A stretch of DNA of 64,000 nucleotides from a virus. Below the pieces are notes generated by a model. It saw only the letters and a list, made by a program, of their open reading frames with translations, did no database searches and was not told the DNA's origin. The translations under genes and the position numbers were made by a program. Within the stretch, counting starts at the first letter, position 1; each line of letters starts with the position of its first letter. The stretch is taken from positions 1-64,000 of IMG/VR virus record IMGVR_UViG_3300036770_006434, one strand, 5' to 3'. Positions 1 through 12,460 of the stretch are shown here, piece after piece.

Positions 1-153
1 CTTATTCCGCAGATTAGCCTCCAGATTAGTCTCCAGATTAATCCACAGATTAGTCCGCAGATTAGTCCGCAGATTAGTCTCCAGCTTATTCCGCAGATTA
101 GCCTCCAGATTAGTCTCCAGATTAGTCCGCAGATTAGTCCACAGATTAGTCTC
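1..153. repeat. 12-bp coding tandem repeat (consensus attagtccgcag), about 13 units visible
   Basis: Units attagcctccag/attagtctccag/attagtccgcag/cttattccgcag are contiguous with no spacers and in frame in the 1..405 CDS. Confidence 0.95.
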
Positions 154-405
154 CTTCAAAATATCGGTTTTCACTCCATTCTTTGGATCATTCAAAATCG
201 CTCTTACCATTGAGCCTACTGCGGGACCGTCGCACCACCAAAAACGCGGCGCAGGCTTACCAATCAGTTCATACATACGAGTCACCGCTTTTTCTGCCCT
301 TGCGCGATCCGACGGCTCGGTGGAACGACCGATTTTGAGCCATTTTCCACGGTATTCAATCAAGGCCTGCTCCTGATCGGGGGTGAGTGAGTTGATTTTT
401 TTCAT
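1..405 (-). CDS. DUF6745-like phage protein with tetrapeptide repeats (partial, runs off window start)
   Basis: Not in ORF track. ATG at 405 reads MKKINSLTPDQEQALIEYRGKWLKIGRSTEPSDRARAEKAV..., then (T/A/I)NL(R/E/W) repeats, open to position 1. N-terminus resembles DUF6745 proteins from memory. Confidence 0.7.
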   Translation of the reverse strand, partial: MKKINSLTPDQEQALIEYRGKWLKIGRSTEPSDRARAEKAVTRMYELIGKPAPRFWWCDGPAVGSMVRAILNDPKNGVKTDILKETNLWTNLRTNLETNLEANLRNKLETNLRTNLRTNLWINLETNLEANLRNK

Positions 406-416
406 ACTATTTTAAA

Positions 417-462
417 ATCTTAGCGCAGTTTTTGCGGTTTGTCTAGTAGGGTAAACACCCTA
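417..462 (-). promoter_or_regulatory. sigma70-like promoter TAGACA-N17-TAAGAT with TAGGG-N6-CCCTA box (447-462)
   Basis: Read directly; box lies 1 nt upstream of the -35. Confidence 0.7.
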
Positions 463-2938
463 CTCTAGCCTCCAACCAGTTCCCACCCCGTCCCGCGCAG
501 GGAATCGGCGTTATGCCGGGTTAGGCAATCCGGGCAGATGCCGCCCCGGACGTTGCGACCCTCGGATTCCAACACATTCATGGTGGCCCTCCCCTTGTCT
601 GTTCCCTCACACCACAGACACACTTGCGCGGCGTCATAAGGCGTGCGGCCGGGGGAATAGAGACATTTCGGGCGGCGGGACATGGGAAAATGGGGAGTTA
701 ACCGGCCAAAATCTCCTCAATCGTGCGGCCTCCGGGGTTATCGCCATAAGGGATGCAGTCAGCGTCCCACAGGTCCTTCAGATCGGCCGCAGACTCGATT
801 TGCTCCGATACCACTGCGACAGGGTCGCTATCGTCTTCATGGCGCGCGATATAGGGCGCTTGCCGCTCGGCGTCACGCTTGTTTTCCGCAAGGATGACGA
901 CGTTGTAAGTGACTTCGACGTTGTAGAGTTGCATGGGTGTTAATTTTGGGGGGTTTCGCCTTTCGCGGCTTCCGTCAGATTCTTCAATCTCCATTCCAGA
1001 ATGGCTGCATCCTCAAGCGCGTGCCTGACAGTGATTTCTGCAAAGCGGTTATCGCTATAGATAGCGTCCGTCAAAGCGGCGCGCAAGTCGGCGACTGCCA
1101 ACTCGATGGATTGATGGGCTTTAATCAGGTTTTCGGGATTCATATGTTTTGTGATTTTATCAGCGCGGGCCTCCGACTCCAGATCGCCCCGCTGCTTGGC
1201 ACCATAACCGTTCATGCGCCCGTCGGATTCCTCAACGGCTTTGAGCGCCGCAGAGACGACGGGCAGGCTACGGGAATCCAAGGGCGGGAAATGGGTATGC
1301 TGCTTCATGGTGATGGGAAGGTAACAGCAGCTACTCCCTCAAGTCAAGCGTTTATTCGCGCGGGAAAGGACAGACTCCACGAAGTCAATCGCCTCGTCGG
1401 ACGTTTCCCGTTTGCGGCGCAAGGCAGTCAAACGGTTCTCGTATAGCATCTTCTGCGTTTGGCGCGCCCAGATGTTGAGCGCCTTTTCGGAATACTCCCA
1501 GACCATAACCTCCCAGCCGTGCTTATCGGTTTCAATGCGATAGGTGTCCGCTACACCGTAGGGAATAAGCACGGAATGGGAGCGGGACCAAGTCTCGTGC
1601 TCCATATGGGCTTCATCGGTATAGTAGCCCCCCACACTAAACTCAACGCAAAAGCCATTACTTCCGTTATAGCCGTCCTTCAGTGCGTAAGACATGGCAC
1701 AGACACTATACGTTACCTCATGCATGCGGGGCACATACAGAGTGCCATCCTTGATGCGAACCTCCAAAGCACGGGCCAGATTGGAGCGCGAAAAGAGCGC
1801 GTTCAACCGCGACTGTTCGGCGAGAAAAGTGGCGATGGAGAAGGTAGGGCTAGAGGTGGAAGAGCGCGGTTTCATGATGGGGCACTTCCTCTCAACCGTT
1901 AAAGGGTTGCAGGTTGCCGTGATGAACGCCATGCTTGCCGTCCGCGAACTTGACCAGCGGGATAGTGCGCTCAAACAGATCGTCATTGGACATCCCACCG
2001 GTATAGGCGAGGCGGACGTTATAGGTCACGCCAATGACGTGTCCGACTCTTTTGTCTTCGGTAATGACCATGCGGCCATAGGTGCATTCGTGCAGTTTCA
2101 TGATGGAACAGAAGGTAACACAGTGTCTGTGGTCAAGTCAAGGCTCTTTATTCACAATCTGAAAAGGCGTGGGCATGTTTGGCGGCAAGGTCCGGTCGCT
2201 CCCGTTGCATCCGCCTAAAGCGCCGAATCGTTGGTATACAGCGCCCCTGCTTGGACTGTTGGTGCCAAAAGCGGTCTATTGGGGTTGAAAACCGAGCCCA
2301 GCAGACAGGGCAGGTTATCAGCTCTTTGTCATACCAAGGCATTGCTTGGGTCAATGGGTTTCTGCTCCCCCTACCTCTTTCACCGCTTCGGCCAACGTCA
2401 CTTTCCGGCCGTCCGGGGATTCCAGCATCGGCGGGGTCCTATGCCCGTATGCACCCCGGAAATCAAATTCGGCATCCCAGCCGGCCACAAACAGGGCGCG
2501 CCATTGAGTCGCGCGCGTCGGGGAGAGCACATACCCGGATTGCCGTGACCAGCGTGCATTGAGGGCGTCAAGCAAACGGTGGGCGACACCTTTGAAGCCG
2601 TCGGAGTTTTCTCGGGTCAGATCAATGGACATCTTCCCCTTGGCGCGTGCCGGGGAGCACTGAAACGTAACCCCGCGCGCAGTGCCGGAGTAGGAGAGGT
2701 GGGCTAATGGGTGGGTGTAGGAGGTCATGTTCAAGTGTCGGCCGAAAGAAATTTCGGTATTTCATCGTTTTCAGCCAAATCGTCAAGATACCCATACCCT
2801 TGGATATACCAAGTCCCTTTTCCGGGCTCAAAATATACAGCGCAGCCACCGATTTCACCATCACGAAAGCCGCATATAGACCGCACTTTATTTGAAGCCA
2901 TTTCGTAGGCACGTAATTGTCGTTTGTTCATGTTTTAT

Positions 2939-2984
2939 AGCTTAGCACATCCCGGTCACTTTGTCCAGTAGGGAGAAGACCCTA
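2939..2984 (-). promoter_or_regulatory. promoter TGGACA-N17-TAAGCT with TAGGG-N6-CCCTA box (2969-2984)
   Basis: Read directly. Confidence 0.7.
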
Positions 2985-2996
2985 TTCTTGCGTCCT

Positions 2997-3296
2997 TCAG
3001 GCGAAAGCCTCCCCCGCCCATTTGCCACCCACCCCGTTAGCAGCCTGTTTGGTGGCCATCCATTGGTGGTAAACCTCGCGGGAGCCCCAACAGTTGGCCG
3101 GCATCTCATTGTAAACGTATTGCAGAATAGCCCCGATAGCGGCCCTATTCTCGTTATCGGCGCGGTCGTAGGTTCCGAACAGATCGTTGCACAGCACGGC
3201 GCGCAGAAAGGAGCCGGTAGGAACCCCGAAGTCTGCGTAACGGCGTAGGGATTCAAGCGTGCGGGGCGGGATGGTGATGCTGTAGTCAGTTTTCAT
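2997..3296 (-). CDS. conserved phage hypothetical protein
   Basis: Motif GSFLRAVLCNDL...AD..N...P..CWGS recalled from widespread phage proteins. Confidence 0.6.
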   Translation of the reverse strand: MKTDYSITIPPRTLESLRRYADFGVPTGSFLRAVLCNDLFGTYDRADNENRAAIGAILQYVYNEMPANCWGSREVYHQWMATKQAANGVGGKWAGEAFA

Positions 3297-4123
3297 AGAT
3301 TCGTTGATGTGCCGGTGTCCGGCGAATGAAACGCGCTGTGCCCCGTGCAGTTCGTCCCATGATCGAAACGGGTGCGCTTATTGAAGAGCGGGCAATACCC
3401 CATGTTTGCCATGTCGGGACGGTAGTCCTTCTCTGGCTCCCATAGATTGCAGGTCTGGCAGATTTTGCCGCTATGAGGGGATTCAGATGTCATGTTGGAG
3501 GGAGGGTAGCGGACGGCCTCACAAAAGTCAACGCTTTTCCAGCACTCTATCAATATATTTTGTCGCATCCTTCCGGTCCGGCAGGTGCATTCTACAGAAG
3601 AGAAGGCACTCCACCAGTTCGGCATTCTCCCGATTGAGTTCGTCCATATGGTCAATAGCATTGGACATGGCCTTTTCCAGCGCACGCATGGTCAGCATGT
3701 GGGCCAAGCGTGAGGGTCCTCGGCGGCGGCGGGGGCTCATTGTCAATCTTTTTTTGGCAGACACGGGGAGTCCTCCGGGACAATGGGTGTGCATCCCCCG
3801 TCGTTACGCTCCGGGTCAATCCACCCGCCCGCGCGCAGGGCGTTTTTGTCCCCGAACGTGGCAATGAGAGTGTAAGTGTCGGGGTCTTGTCCGTCGGGCG
3901 TGTGCCACGCGGGGTGGTAGCTAACGTGCTTTTCGAGGACGAGGGCGACCGTCTCGCCGTTATGGTCCCCGATGGAACCATAGCGCAGGGCCTCCTCTTG
4001 GGTGTCCCCGTGATGCACGTCAAACGCGTCGCCGTCCGAATTGATGTGGCGCAGCTCGTATTCGGTCAATTTCAGGGTGCCGTCTTTGAGGATTCTTTCG
4101 GTTTTGGAGGGCATAGTGTGGCT

Positions 4124-4168
4124 AGAATAGCAGGTTTAATCGGCGGTGGCAATAGGGTGTATTACCTA
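4124..4168 (-). promoter_or_regulatory. promoter TTGCCA-N17-TATTCT with box TAGGG-N6-ACCTA (4153-4168)
   Basis: Read directly; one mismatch in the box. Confidence 0.6.
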
Positions 4169-4402
4169 GGTCACTTGGGCCAAGCACTGTTGTCTGCCAT
4201 CCGCGCCGCTATGGCCTCGCGCACCGTGGCATACCCGCTGGTAGTGTTCCGGCAGAGGAAGACGCAGTGATTGACGTTGGGGTGGTCGGAAGGCAACTGG
4301 AGTTTCCATTCGTAGTGCGCGCCCTGTTTGTCCAGCCAGTCAAGCATGGCGGTGTCGGAGGGGGGAGTAGAAGCGGAGGTTTTGGCTTTCATGTGTAGTT
4401 GA

Positions 4403-4447
4403 AGGATAGCACATCCCAGTGATGCGCGCCATAGGGAGTTTACCCTA
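4403..4447 (-). promoter_or_regulatory. promoter TGGCGC-N17-TATCCT with TAGGG-N6-CCCTA box (4432-4447)
   Basis: Read directly. Confidence 0.65.
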
Positions 4448-6061
4448 TTCTAGCGAGCGCAGGGAGGTGTTGGGTGCCCCAGTTCGGAGGCCAACCGGGG
4501 GATGCGCACCTTGAGTTTGGCTATTTTACCTAGGAGGCTGCCGCAACGATGGGTCACCGAAGCCGGAACTCCACCAGTCTCGTGGTCGTATTGAATGCGC
4601 CAAAATGCATACTGGGCCTCCGCGGCGGCCAATTCCTCGGTTGCCCGGTGATAGGCGCGGGTTTTGAGATAGCGGAAGATGGGGTTCATGACTGGGTATG
4701 GTGGTTAAGGATTCGGCACATAGTCCCCGCGCTCTTCGTGCCCGCAGTCGGCGCAGCGCCTATAGTCGGGCCAATGCTTGGGGTAGTGAACTACGGGTTT
4801 CATCTTATGGGGCACCCCATTGAGGCACGGTGCAGGGTAGGCGGTGTAATAAAAGGATACCTGTGTGGTAAAGACGAAATGGCGCTCGCACTTGCCGCAC
4901 TGCTGCTCGTGCAGCTTGTCCTCCTCGTAACCGTAACCATCATCGTGGTTTATCTCCTGCGGCGCGCCGCAATAGGGGCAGTCTACATCGTTCATTGCGC
5001 TCCCCCATTGCTCACAGGGTTCGCAGCCCCCATGCCTCCGTCGTTACCTGCGGGAGAGCCCCCCGTTACCGTTGACACGGCGGGGATACCTTGAGAGACT
5101 GGGGGCTGCGAAAGTTTAGTGAACCAAGCTATGTCGAACGCTCCCATAGCCTGCGCCGGGGAATCCCCCGAACCGGCGACCCCGTCTTGGAGGTTATCCC
5201 CGTAGAGGGCAATCCACTTGTTGCCGTCAATGGAGAGTTTAGGCCTCATCATGACGCTGGGACGCTCGTATTCAGAGGTAGCTTGAGCGATACTGGACGC
5301 AGCTCGGGCCATGTAGTGCTCGATCCCGGCGTTGCGGAAAGCGGTAAGGACTGCCTCGCCGATGTCACCGTTGGATAGGCGACTGCGGATGGCGTCGTAG
5401 ATGGGTTGGTAGGTGTCCATAGGGTAGGTGGTTGCTAGTGTTTTGCCGCAAATTTCATGCGGTCATACTCTTCCCAGTCCACAAGTGTTTCACGCTCTAA
5501 GATTTCAGTCTTCTTTACCCCTCCTCGGTATTGGGCTGTAAACGAAACAACCAGCGCGTGTTGGACTTCGTTACCCTCAAAGAAGGTGCCGTCATTGAAA
5601 TCGGTGCGGATTCTATTGATCCACTCTCGCGTCGGGTATTGCGGAGGGGGAGCGTTTGTCGCCGTGAGTTCGGACGTTTTCATGGATATGGTTTGATGGC
5701 GTAACGTGGGGGTCTACTCCTCACCGTTATCGTCTCTTCCGAAGATAGCGCAGATTATAACCAGAATCAAGCACAAAAACAGGGTGAAGGCGGCCATTCA
5801 GGAGGTTGCTCCTTTGCAGTGCAGATACCCAGAGCGCGGCATTCCCTCGGCCATTTCCCAAAACAATGACTCGGTCAGGGTATCGGCTTCCAGTCGAAGC
5901 GCGGTCACAGTGTCCTCCACCTCATAAACGGACGGTCCCGTGCGGCGGCCGGGGGATAGCAGGTATGCAATCTGCTCTCTCAGGGCGGCAATCTTCTCGC
6001 GGGTCTCTGTGATGGGGAGGGCCATAATGTGGTAGGTAGAGAGCGGAACCGCTGTTACCTG

Positions 6062-6364
6062 TCAATACAGATTTTCGCTATACAAGGTGCCCGGGCTGCT
6101 GACCTGCTCCCGGATTTGTCCCGTCGCTTCGGCGCGCGCCCACGCGGTTGTGCGGTCAAGGAAGGTGCCCCTGATGTCGATAAACCCCTGTTCGCGCACC
6201 TTGAGGTGGTAGCCATCGCCGTATATCCGATGGAGGACGGCCCGCATGTCGGGCGAAAAATGGCGGACCCCGGGGATGATAAGCCCGTCGTCCATCAACA
6301 TAGCGGCGGAGACTATGCGGTCGGGGGATTCTGGGGTGGGGCAATGCTTCATGAGCAATGTCAT
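6062..6364 (-). CDS. conserved phage hypothetical protein
   Basis: IVSAA...GVRH...EQGFID..G.FLDR..A...A...GQ....LYSENLY pattern. Confidence 0.6.
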   Translation of the reverse strand: MTLLMKHCPTPESPDRIVSAAMLMDDGLIIPGVRHFSPDMRAVLHRIYGDGYHLKVREQGFIDIRGTFLDRTTAWARAEATGQIREQVSSPGTLYSENLY

Positions 6365-6667
6365 CCAAGTGTAACCACCTTGCCACGGAACCCTACGATA
6401 ACAGCGTTCAGCGCGACCCCGGTAGCGAGCACAAGCACGACCGTCCCGGACCAAGTCCAGAACGATGAGAAGATGAATTTTAGGATTTCAAGCATAAAAT
6501 AGATTGGTCAATCCCCGTCCCCGTCCCCATCTCCGGCCGCCCAGTAAAACAGCGGACCGTCATCGTTGTTTTCGGGACCGTCATCTTCGGAGTCCTGAGT
6601 GTAAGGGTCCATCCCAAGGAATAGACCCATACCGAAACAGAGGGATAGCACAATGGCGGCGACCATA

Positions 6668-6952
6668 TCAGGAGGCCAGCTCCTCGAAAATGTGCCAGAC
6701 CAGCGCGCCGCCATTGGCCTGAACGCTGGCAATGTAATGAAGGCAGTCATCATTTTCTATCGCGTGCCCGGTGCCGATAATGCGAATGACCCGACCCCTG
6801 CGGGCGGCAGCGGGATTGACGCGAGCCCACAGATACAGGTCTCCCGCCTGTATTTGGGCCGTCATGATTTTAGCGCCCTCCGGCATAAGGACCTGCTGAC
6901 ATTCGGTCAGGGTCAGGGGGAATTTCCAGATGGTGTGCGGTTGCAATGACAT
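6668..6952 (-). CDS. conserved phage hypothetical protein
   Basis: TIWKFPL...MPEGAKI...LWARVNP...IIGTGH...VWHIFE pattern. Confidence 0.6.
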   Translation of the reverse strand: MSLQPHTIWKFPLTLTECQQVLMPEGAKIMTAQIQAGDLYLWARVNPAAARRGRVIRIIGTGHAIENDDCLHYIASVQANGGALVWHIFEELAS

Positions 6953-8100
6953 GGTAAAAATGGAGTTGGGTGAGGTGGGATTTGAACCCACATTCACGAC
7001 GACTTTTGGAGCCGCCGCTTTGCCTGACTTGGCGTTAAGGGTCCCGGGACATTCCGCCACTCACCCAAAGGATGGAGTCGTAAACAGTTAGAGCGTCGGC
7101 TCCCCACGAAGGTCTGCTTCCCGGTCAAACTGCGCGGCGCGGCCCATGAGGTAGGAGAACATAACAGGGCTGTCAATCCGAATGGTTGCCGCAATCACGC
7201 GATTGGAGTTCGCGACGTTGCGGAATGAGGTGGCGAGCAGACCGGAGTCGGCTACATCCATCGCGTCCAGCATACCGTAGAAGTAGAAGAGCAGATTTGT
7301 GGAATTGGCCGTCACCTCAACAGGGATACTCTCCACGGTAGGAGGCGGCAGAGCGGCCGAGGTAACAGGGGCGGTCACAGTCAGGCTGCCGATCAGGGCG
7401 CCCACGAGGAGGATACGATTGAACATGGATTTCATGGTGTGGATATGGTTTTTGTGTTTGATTTAACGGAAAAGAGAGTAGCAGAACGGCTGTTGGTTGT
7501 CTAGTGGGTAGAACTACGTAGAGACTTTATAGGCAGTCAGGCGTCAATGAACACGGCCCATCGGACCTGACCTGTTTTCCGCGAGGTGTTGACCAGTTCA
7601 ACGGAGCAGGGAGAGGCTATGTCACCGGCCCCGTTGTAGACCTCAACGTTGACATCGCCAATGTCCGCTTTCTGCTTCTCTAACAGGGAGATAAGTTCGG
7701 ATATTTTCATTGGGTTCAGCGGCGGCCTCGGACCTTGGGCCAGATGATGTGGACCACAATCAGGGTGACAAACAGGGTTGCGAGCAGACCGAATCCCCAG
7801 ACAATGACCTCCGGATTCTCGTAAAGCCATTGGTCACGGTCGCGCTCAAACTGCGAGCGATAGACGACGATTTGGTCTGAGGTTTTCATGTGGTGGAAAG
7901 ATATGCCTTAGCCGTCCACTTCCCCGCCGCGCGCCCGTTGGGGAGCCGGATTTGGGTATACTCCACTTCGCCAGCACTCAAAGCGGCGGCCAGTGCGTTG
8001 CGGGTATCTGGGGATAACTGCCCTCGGTCGATAATGAAGCCGTTGAGCAGAAGGTGAGGGAGACTGAAGGGAGTGGGCATATTCATTTGAGTAGGTGAAA

Positions 8101-8145
8101 GGTGTAGCACATCAGGGGCAGCAACACAATAGGGTAAAACCCCTA
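8101..8145 (-). promoter_or_regulatory. promoter with weak -35 (TTGTGT) and TAGGG-N6-CCCTA box (8130-8145)
   Basis: Read directly. Confidence 0.55.
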
Positions 8146-8612
8146 TTTCTGCTTCTTTCCCCAGTCTACCCACCGGTCCGGTGCTTCTACCGCGATCCTC
8201 ACCGGAACCCCGTCCCAGTTGTGCGGAAACGGGTGTCCGTAAGGCGCGGCCTTGACGTGGAGGGTGCAACGCTCGAAGGCGACCGAGATACCGAGGTAAT
8301 CCGGGTGGTTGCGGTATTGGGTGGCCAACCCGTCTACAGCAGCTTCTATGCGGCCCCACGCGGCGGCGCGTTTGGCGTCCCTCTGCATGGTATCGTCCCA
8401 AGTGAAAGCGAATAACGGGGCGACAATCAGTGAGAGGAGCAACCAGACGAATGGCATCAATTGAACGGGCCAAACCCCTCGGTCGGCGCTCTCGGTGGAG
8501 AGCCAGATAACGGTGTTCCCGACAACGTTGAAGAGCACGAGGATAACCAAGAACGCGTGCAGGAAGTGGGCGCGGCGGAGGAAGGGGATGAGACGTTTCA
8601 TAAGGTGCCGTC

Positions 8613-8658
8613 AGGGTATCACGATGTCCCCGGCTTGTCCAGTAGGGTGTTTATCCTA
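8613..8658 (-). promoter_or_regulatory. promoter TGGACA-N17-TACCCT with box TAGGG-N6-TCCTA (8643-8658)
   Basis: Read directly; one mismatch in the box. Confidence 0.6.
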
Positions 8659-11600
8659 TTTTCGCGGAAGCCGTGGCCTCCCATGTGGCGAGCATTCTCG
8701 GGATCATAGATAGGACAGTGTCCACGTCCGGGGGCAGCGCATAGTTGAGTAGCTTGAACCATGTTCCATCCGGCAATTGGCCGCAGACTTCCATCTCTAC
8801 ATTGACCTTCCCGAAAAGAGTGGAAACATAAATGAAAACCTGCATCCCGGGCTTGTCGTCGTTACAGGCGCAGCGGGTAGGTGTATGGTGACGTTTATAG
8901 AACATGCGCGCGTAGTCGCGGGATGAGTCAGGGGCCTCGCGCCAGTCTAGGGACAGGAGGGTAGAACAGATTTCGGTGGCGTTCATGATTTGTCCTCCTT
9001 GCCGCCCCAAGGACGGGTATTCTTCAGGCGAAGCGTCGTGCCGAAAAGGTGCTGGAAAGACCCGACGCCGTTGGTCAGGTGCAGGTTGCCGTCACTGTCT
9101 ATATCCAAAATCAGTGCGGGGCTCCCGTCCACTACGACAGTTACCTGCTTAGGGCGACCATTCAGGGTGGTAGCTATAGCGCCGTTGCCATAGCCAAATG
9201 CCGGCTCTTGCGTGACATCCGGGCGTTTATCCGTGACGATCTCTACTGTGAATTTGGGTTGCATAAGGTGGGTAAGTCAAGGCTTTGGGACGGTATGGGC
9301 CGCGCGAATCTCTACCGTCACCGGCACCGCGCGGAACCCGTCTTGCTCATACGCCTCGCGGCGCAAAGCGGGGTAGCAAAACCTGCGCCAAGCCCCATCG
9401 GCGGTGTAAGCCAAGGAGTCTTGGGCACGAAAGTCGTCATCCCAACCGGTCGGCGGCATAACAGCGTAGCCCAGAAAGGTAGCCACCGCTGGCGTTTTCG
9501 ACAAAGGAGGCGTAACCTTGAGTCGCGGCATCCCGGCGCAGATACGCTGTATCTCGTCCCGTAGGATGACACGGGTAGCGTTCATATTCCGAGAAAGGTC
9601 CTCTAACTCAACCAGTTCCGCGTGCAGTCTCTCAATCTCCCGTTTCGCGGTCTTCAGCATGTCACCTTCCCGGCTATTCGGGAAAGCATAGGTGCCATCG
9701 GTTTGCGCGTAGGCGTGGTGGAGGTTGGATAGGAAGGGGGATTTCATGGTAACTCAGGTTTTGCGAAGTATAGCAAGGGCGGAGGCGATAAATCCCGCAG
9801 ACGGCTCCAGCCCGGGCTCGGTCCTACCGTTTGGGAGCGGGCGGGGTCGCCATGATTGGATGAATTCGGTGAAGCAGCAAAGGCGACGGGCAATTTCGGC
9901 GTCATTTCCGAAGGCGTCAACGATGAGGGGAAGGTCCTTCATCAGGGGTTGGCACACGGGCAGCTAGGATGATGGAGGATGGCACCCTTGGAGGGGTGCG
10001 CTTCCACAACGAACCAATGGCCGTCATGGATCACGGTGGCGAGGATATCGCTGTAATCGCCGTGTTTGGCAGCGTATTCCGCAGAGGACTTCACTGCAAT
10101 GTCAGACGATTTATCTGAGATGGTAGCGGAAGCGAATAGGGCGTCTGCGGCGGTTTGGCCAATAAATATCGCGCCCATCGTCACAGCAACAATGGCGATC
10201 CACAACAGAATAGCGATAATAGCTTTCATGTCACCTATCCTGCCACACTCTCCCGTCCCTGTCAAGCCCCGAAAGTGTTGGCTCCTTTCGTGGCCTCACA
10301 ATCCATTGACCCGCGCCTCACTTACGCCCCTTTGCGGCGATGCTCAAACATGCGTCTGCAATGGCATAAGCCTTTGCGGGTGCCCAAATCTCGGCATTAC
10401 TGGTGGGTTGCCCCGCCATGATGCCGGCGAGCGCCTGACCAGCTAGGTAGTCCCGCAAGGTAATGGGTTCCGGTCCGCGATCTGGCATTCCGGGGATAAA
10501 GGGACGAAATGAGTGTGGCTCCATATAAAACGTGGGGTATCAGTTCTTTGCGCGGCCCTTGCGCGCCTTTACCTTGCGGTCCGGTGCCACAGAGTAGACA
10601 TCCCCAAATGCCGTCCCGTGGATGACATCGAAAACATTTTCGTCCACGCATTCGATCAGCGGGTAGTGCTCGCCTTCAGCGTCACCCCATTTCCGTATCA
10701 TCTTGGCGCAATCGTGGAACCGCCCCTCTTCAAAGGTGTCATAGAGAGCAGTGAGTTTTTTGCGGTCGTTCGCGGGGAAAAGGTCCGGGGAGTTTAAGTG
10801 ATCCCGGACGGCTTTCAGGTCGATGGTAAGGTGGTGGTAGATGAGCATGGTAATCAAAAAGTCGCGGCCCTACCCGTGTCCACCAAATCCCGCCGATACC
10901 CCAGAACGTGCTCTACCACAGCGTCATACGCGTGGGACAGGTCCTCTTCGGATAGGTGGGGGACTGTCCCGTTAACCTTTTGGCCCACGGCTTTGAGACC
11001 CCGGATGTAGATGCGCCGGCAGTGAATCTCGACCTCGGCGGACACCTGTAAAGTCCGGCAGTCGGGGAGGTTAACGGACAGGGTTACTGTAGTGGAGTGG
11101 GACAAATGAAGGGTGTTTATCGAGTAATTTCTTAGTTTTCGCTCGGATGCCCGTAGCGCCTCATCCAATCCGGCAGGACCGCGTCACGGCGTTCCCCAAA
11201 ATGCTGTTCCAGCTCTCTGTCTACGGCGGCCCCGTAAATGGAACGTATCGCATCGCGCAGTTGACGAACGGTCAATTCTTGGTCTCCGCGCCAGAATCCA
11301 ATCACATACGCTTCCAGTGCGTGCTTGGCGTGCGGCGATAGCTTGGCTTCAAGGGGTGTGAAAATGTTTTCTGTTGGATTCATGTCTGTGCGATTATTTT
11401 ACGTTATGGACCCGGCGCTTGACCGGGGCATGTTCCTGCTTGTCAGCGGCTATAAAGGCTTCGGCGCTGGCTAGGTCCGAAAATGCATTGCAGAAAACGC
11501 CTTCACTGGGTGTATACACATCGCTCCGCATCCAAAACGGCCAGATAGGCATACGTGATTCGGGGTAGAAAAAGGTGCGATGCCCCTCTTGGGACTCCTC

Positions 11601-12460
11601 TATCACTCGGTAATCAAACGGGCGGAACAGATAGGATAGCAGTGCTTTCATGGTGTAGGAGAGAGGTTAAAGGACCGGAGTATACCCTCCGCCCATTCGG
11701 CGTGCAAGCGCAAAATGTCTACCCTCGCCTGTTTGCTCTCTGCGGATTGCCGGATACAGTAGCCATACTCGATTTCGCGCTCCAGACTGTTGGCAACCCT
11801 CGTGCATTCCCCAGAGAAGCGGCGCAGCTCTTGGGCAACATCCTCAATGGTGGGCTTCGGAGCCTTGGCAGCAACCTCGGCGTCGGCAATAGCGTTGACC
11901 TCGGCGAACGTGCGCCGGGACATGGTGGTAAAGGGTTCGTTCATGATGGCACATGTATATAGCAAGTCCGCCGGTAGCCTCCGCCCTTCAACGGTGTCCC
12001 GCAGGCCGCTATGTTCCAGCACCCTTTTTCGTCACACACTGGGCAGAACCTGTTGATTTCCCGACACTTCGGGCAGCCGGATACGGTGTCCTCGGGATCA
12101 AAGGGGTGGGGAGCTGTTAGAATAGAGTCCACGTTCCCGCGCCAGTTACAGGATTCGCAGAATAGACGGTTGGGGGAAAGGGACATGGGGAGTCAATGGG
12201 TGGTTAGCCAATCCGAGGAACACTCCACCCGTAGCTGCGCTTCCGTGCCTCGACCCCATTCCTGAGTCGGATGTATTCAAAGCCGACCTCTAAAGTCAGC
12301 GCGGTGACGCTACCGATAACGTTGTGCCCGTCCCATGACAGGGACCAGCCGCCCCAACTCCACGGATCGCGGTTGGAGAAAACGATAAGACGCTTGAACC
12401 TGAGGTGTTTCATGGGGGCTACTCTAGCACGTCTTGCGGCGCTTTGTCAAGCACCCATTC

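Larger units (their letters stand above)
698..12413 (-). other. Run of about 35 short minus-strand hypothetical phage genes
   Basis: Abutting or overlapping ORFs, e.g. 698-934, 940-1308, 1339-1875, 1892-2101, 2148-2354, 2351-2734, 2731-2931, 3743-4114, 4171-4392, 4450-4689, 4705-4995 (CxxC Zn-ribbon), 4992-5420, 5435-5683, 5798-6025, 7088-7435 (signal peptide), 8143-8601 (TM), 8651-8986, 8983-9264, 9277-9747, 9754-9957, 10540-10857, 11132-11383, 11394-11651, 11648-11950, 11941-12186, 12204-12413. Confidence 0.7.

Noticed and set aside
1-153. 12-bp repeats as a CRISPR array
   Set aside because: Units are contiguous without spacers and lie in frame in a coding sequence.
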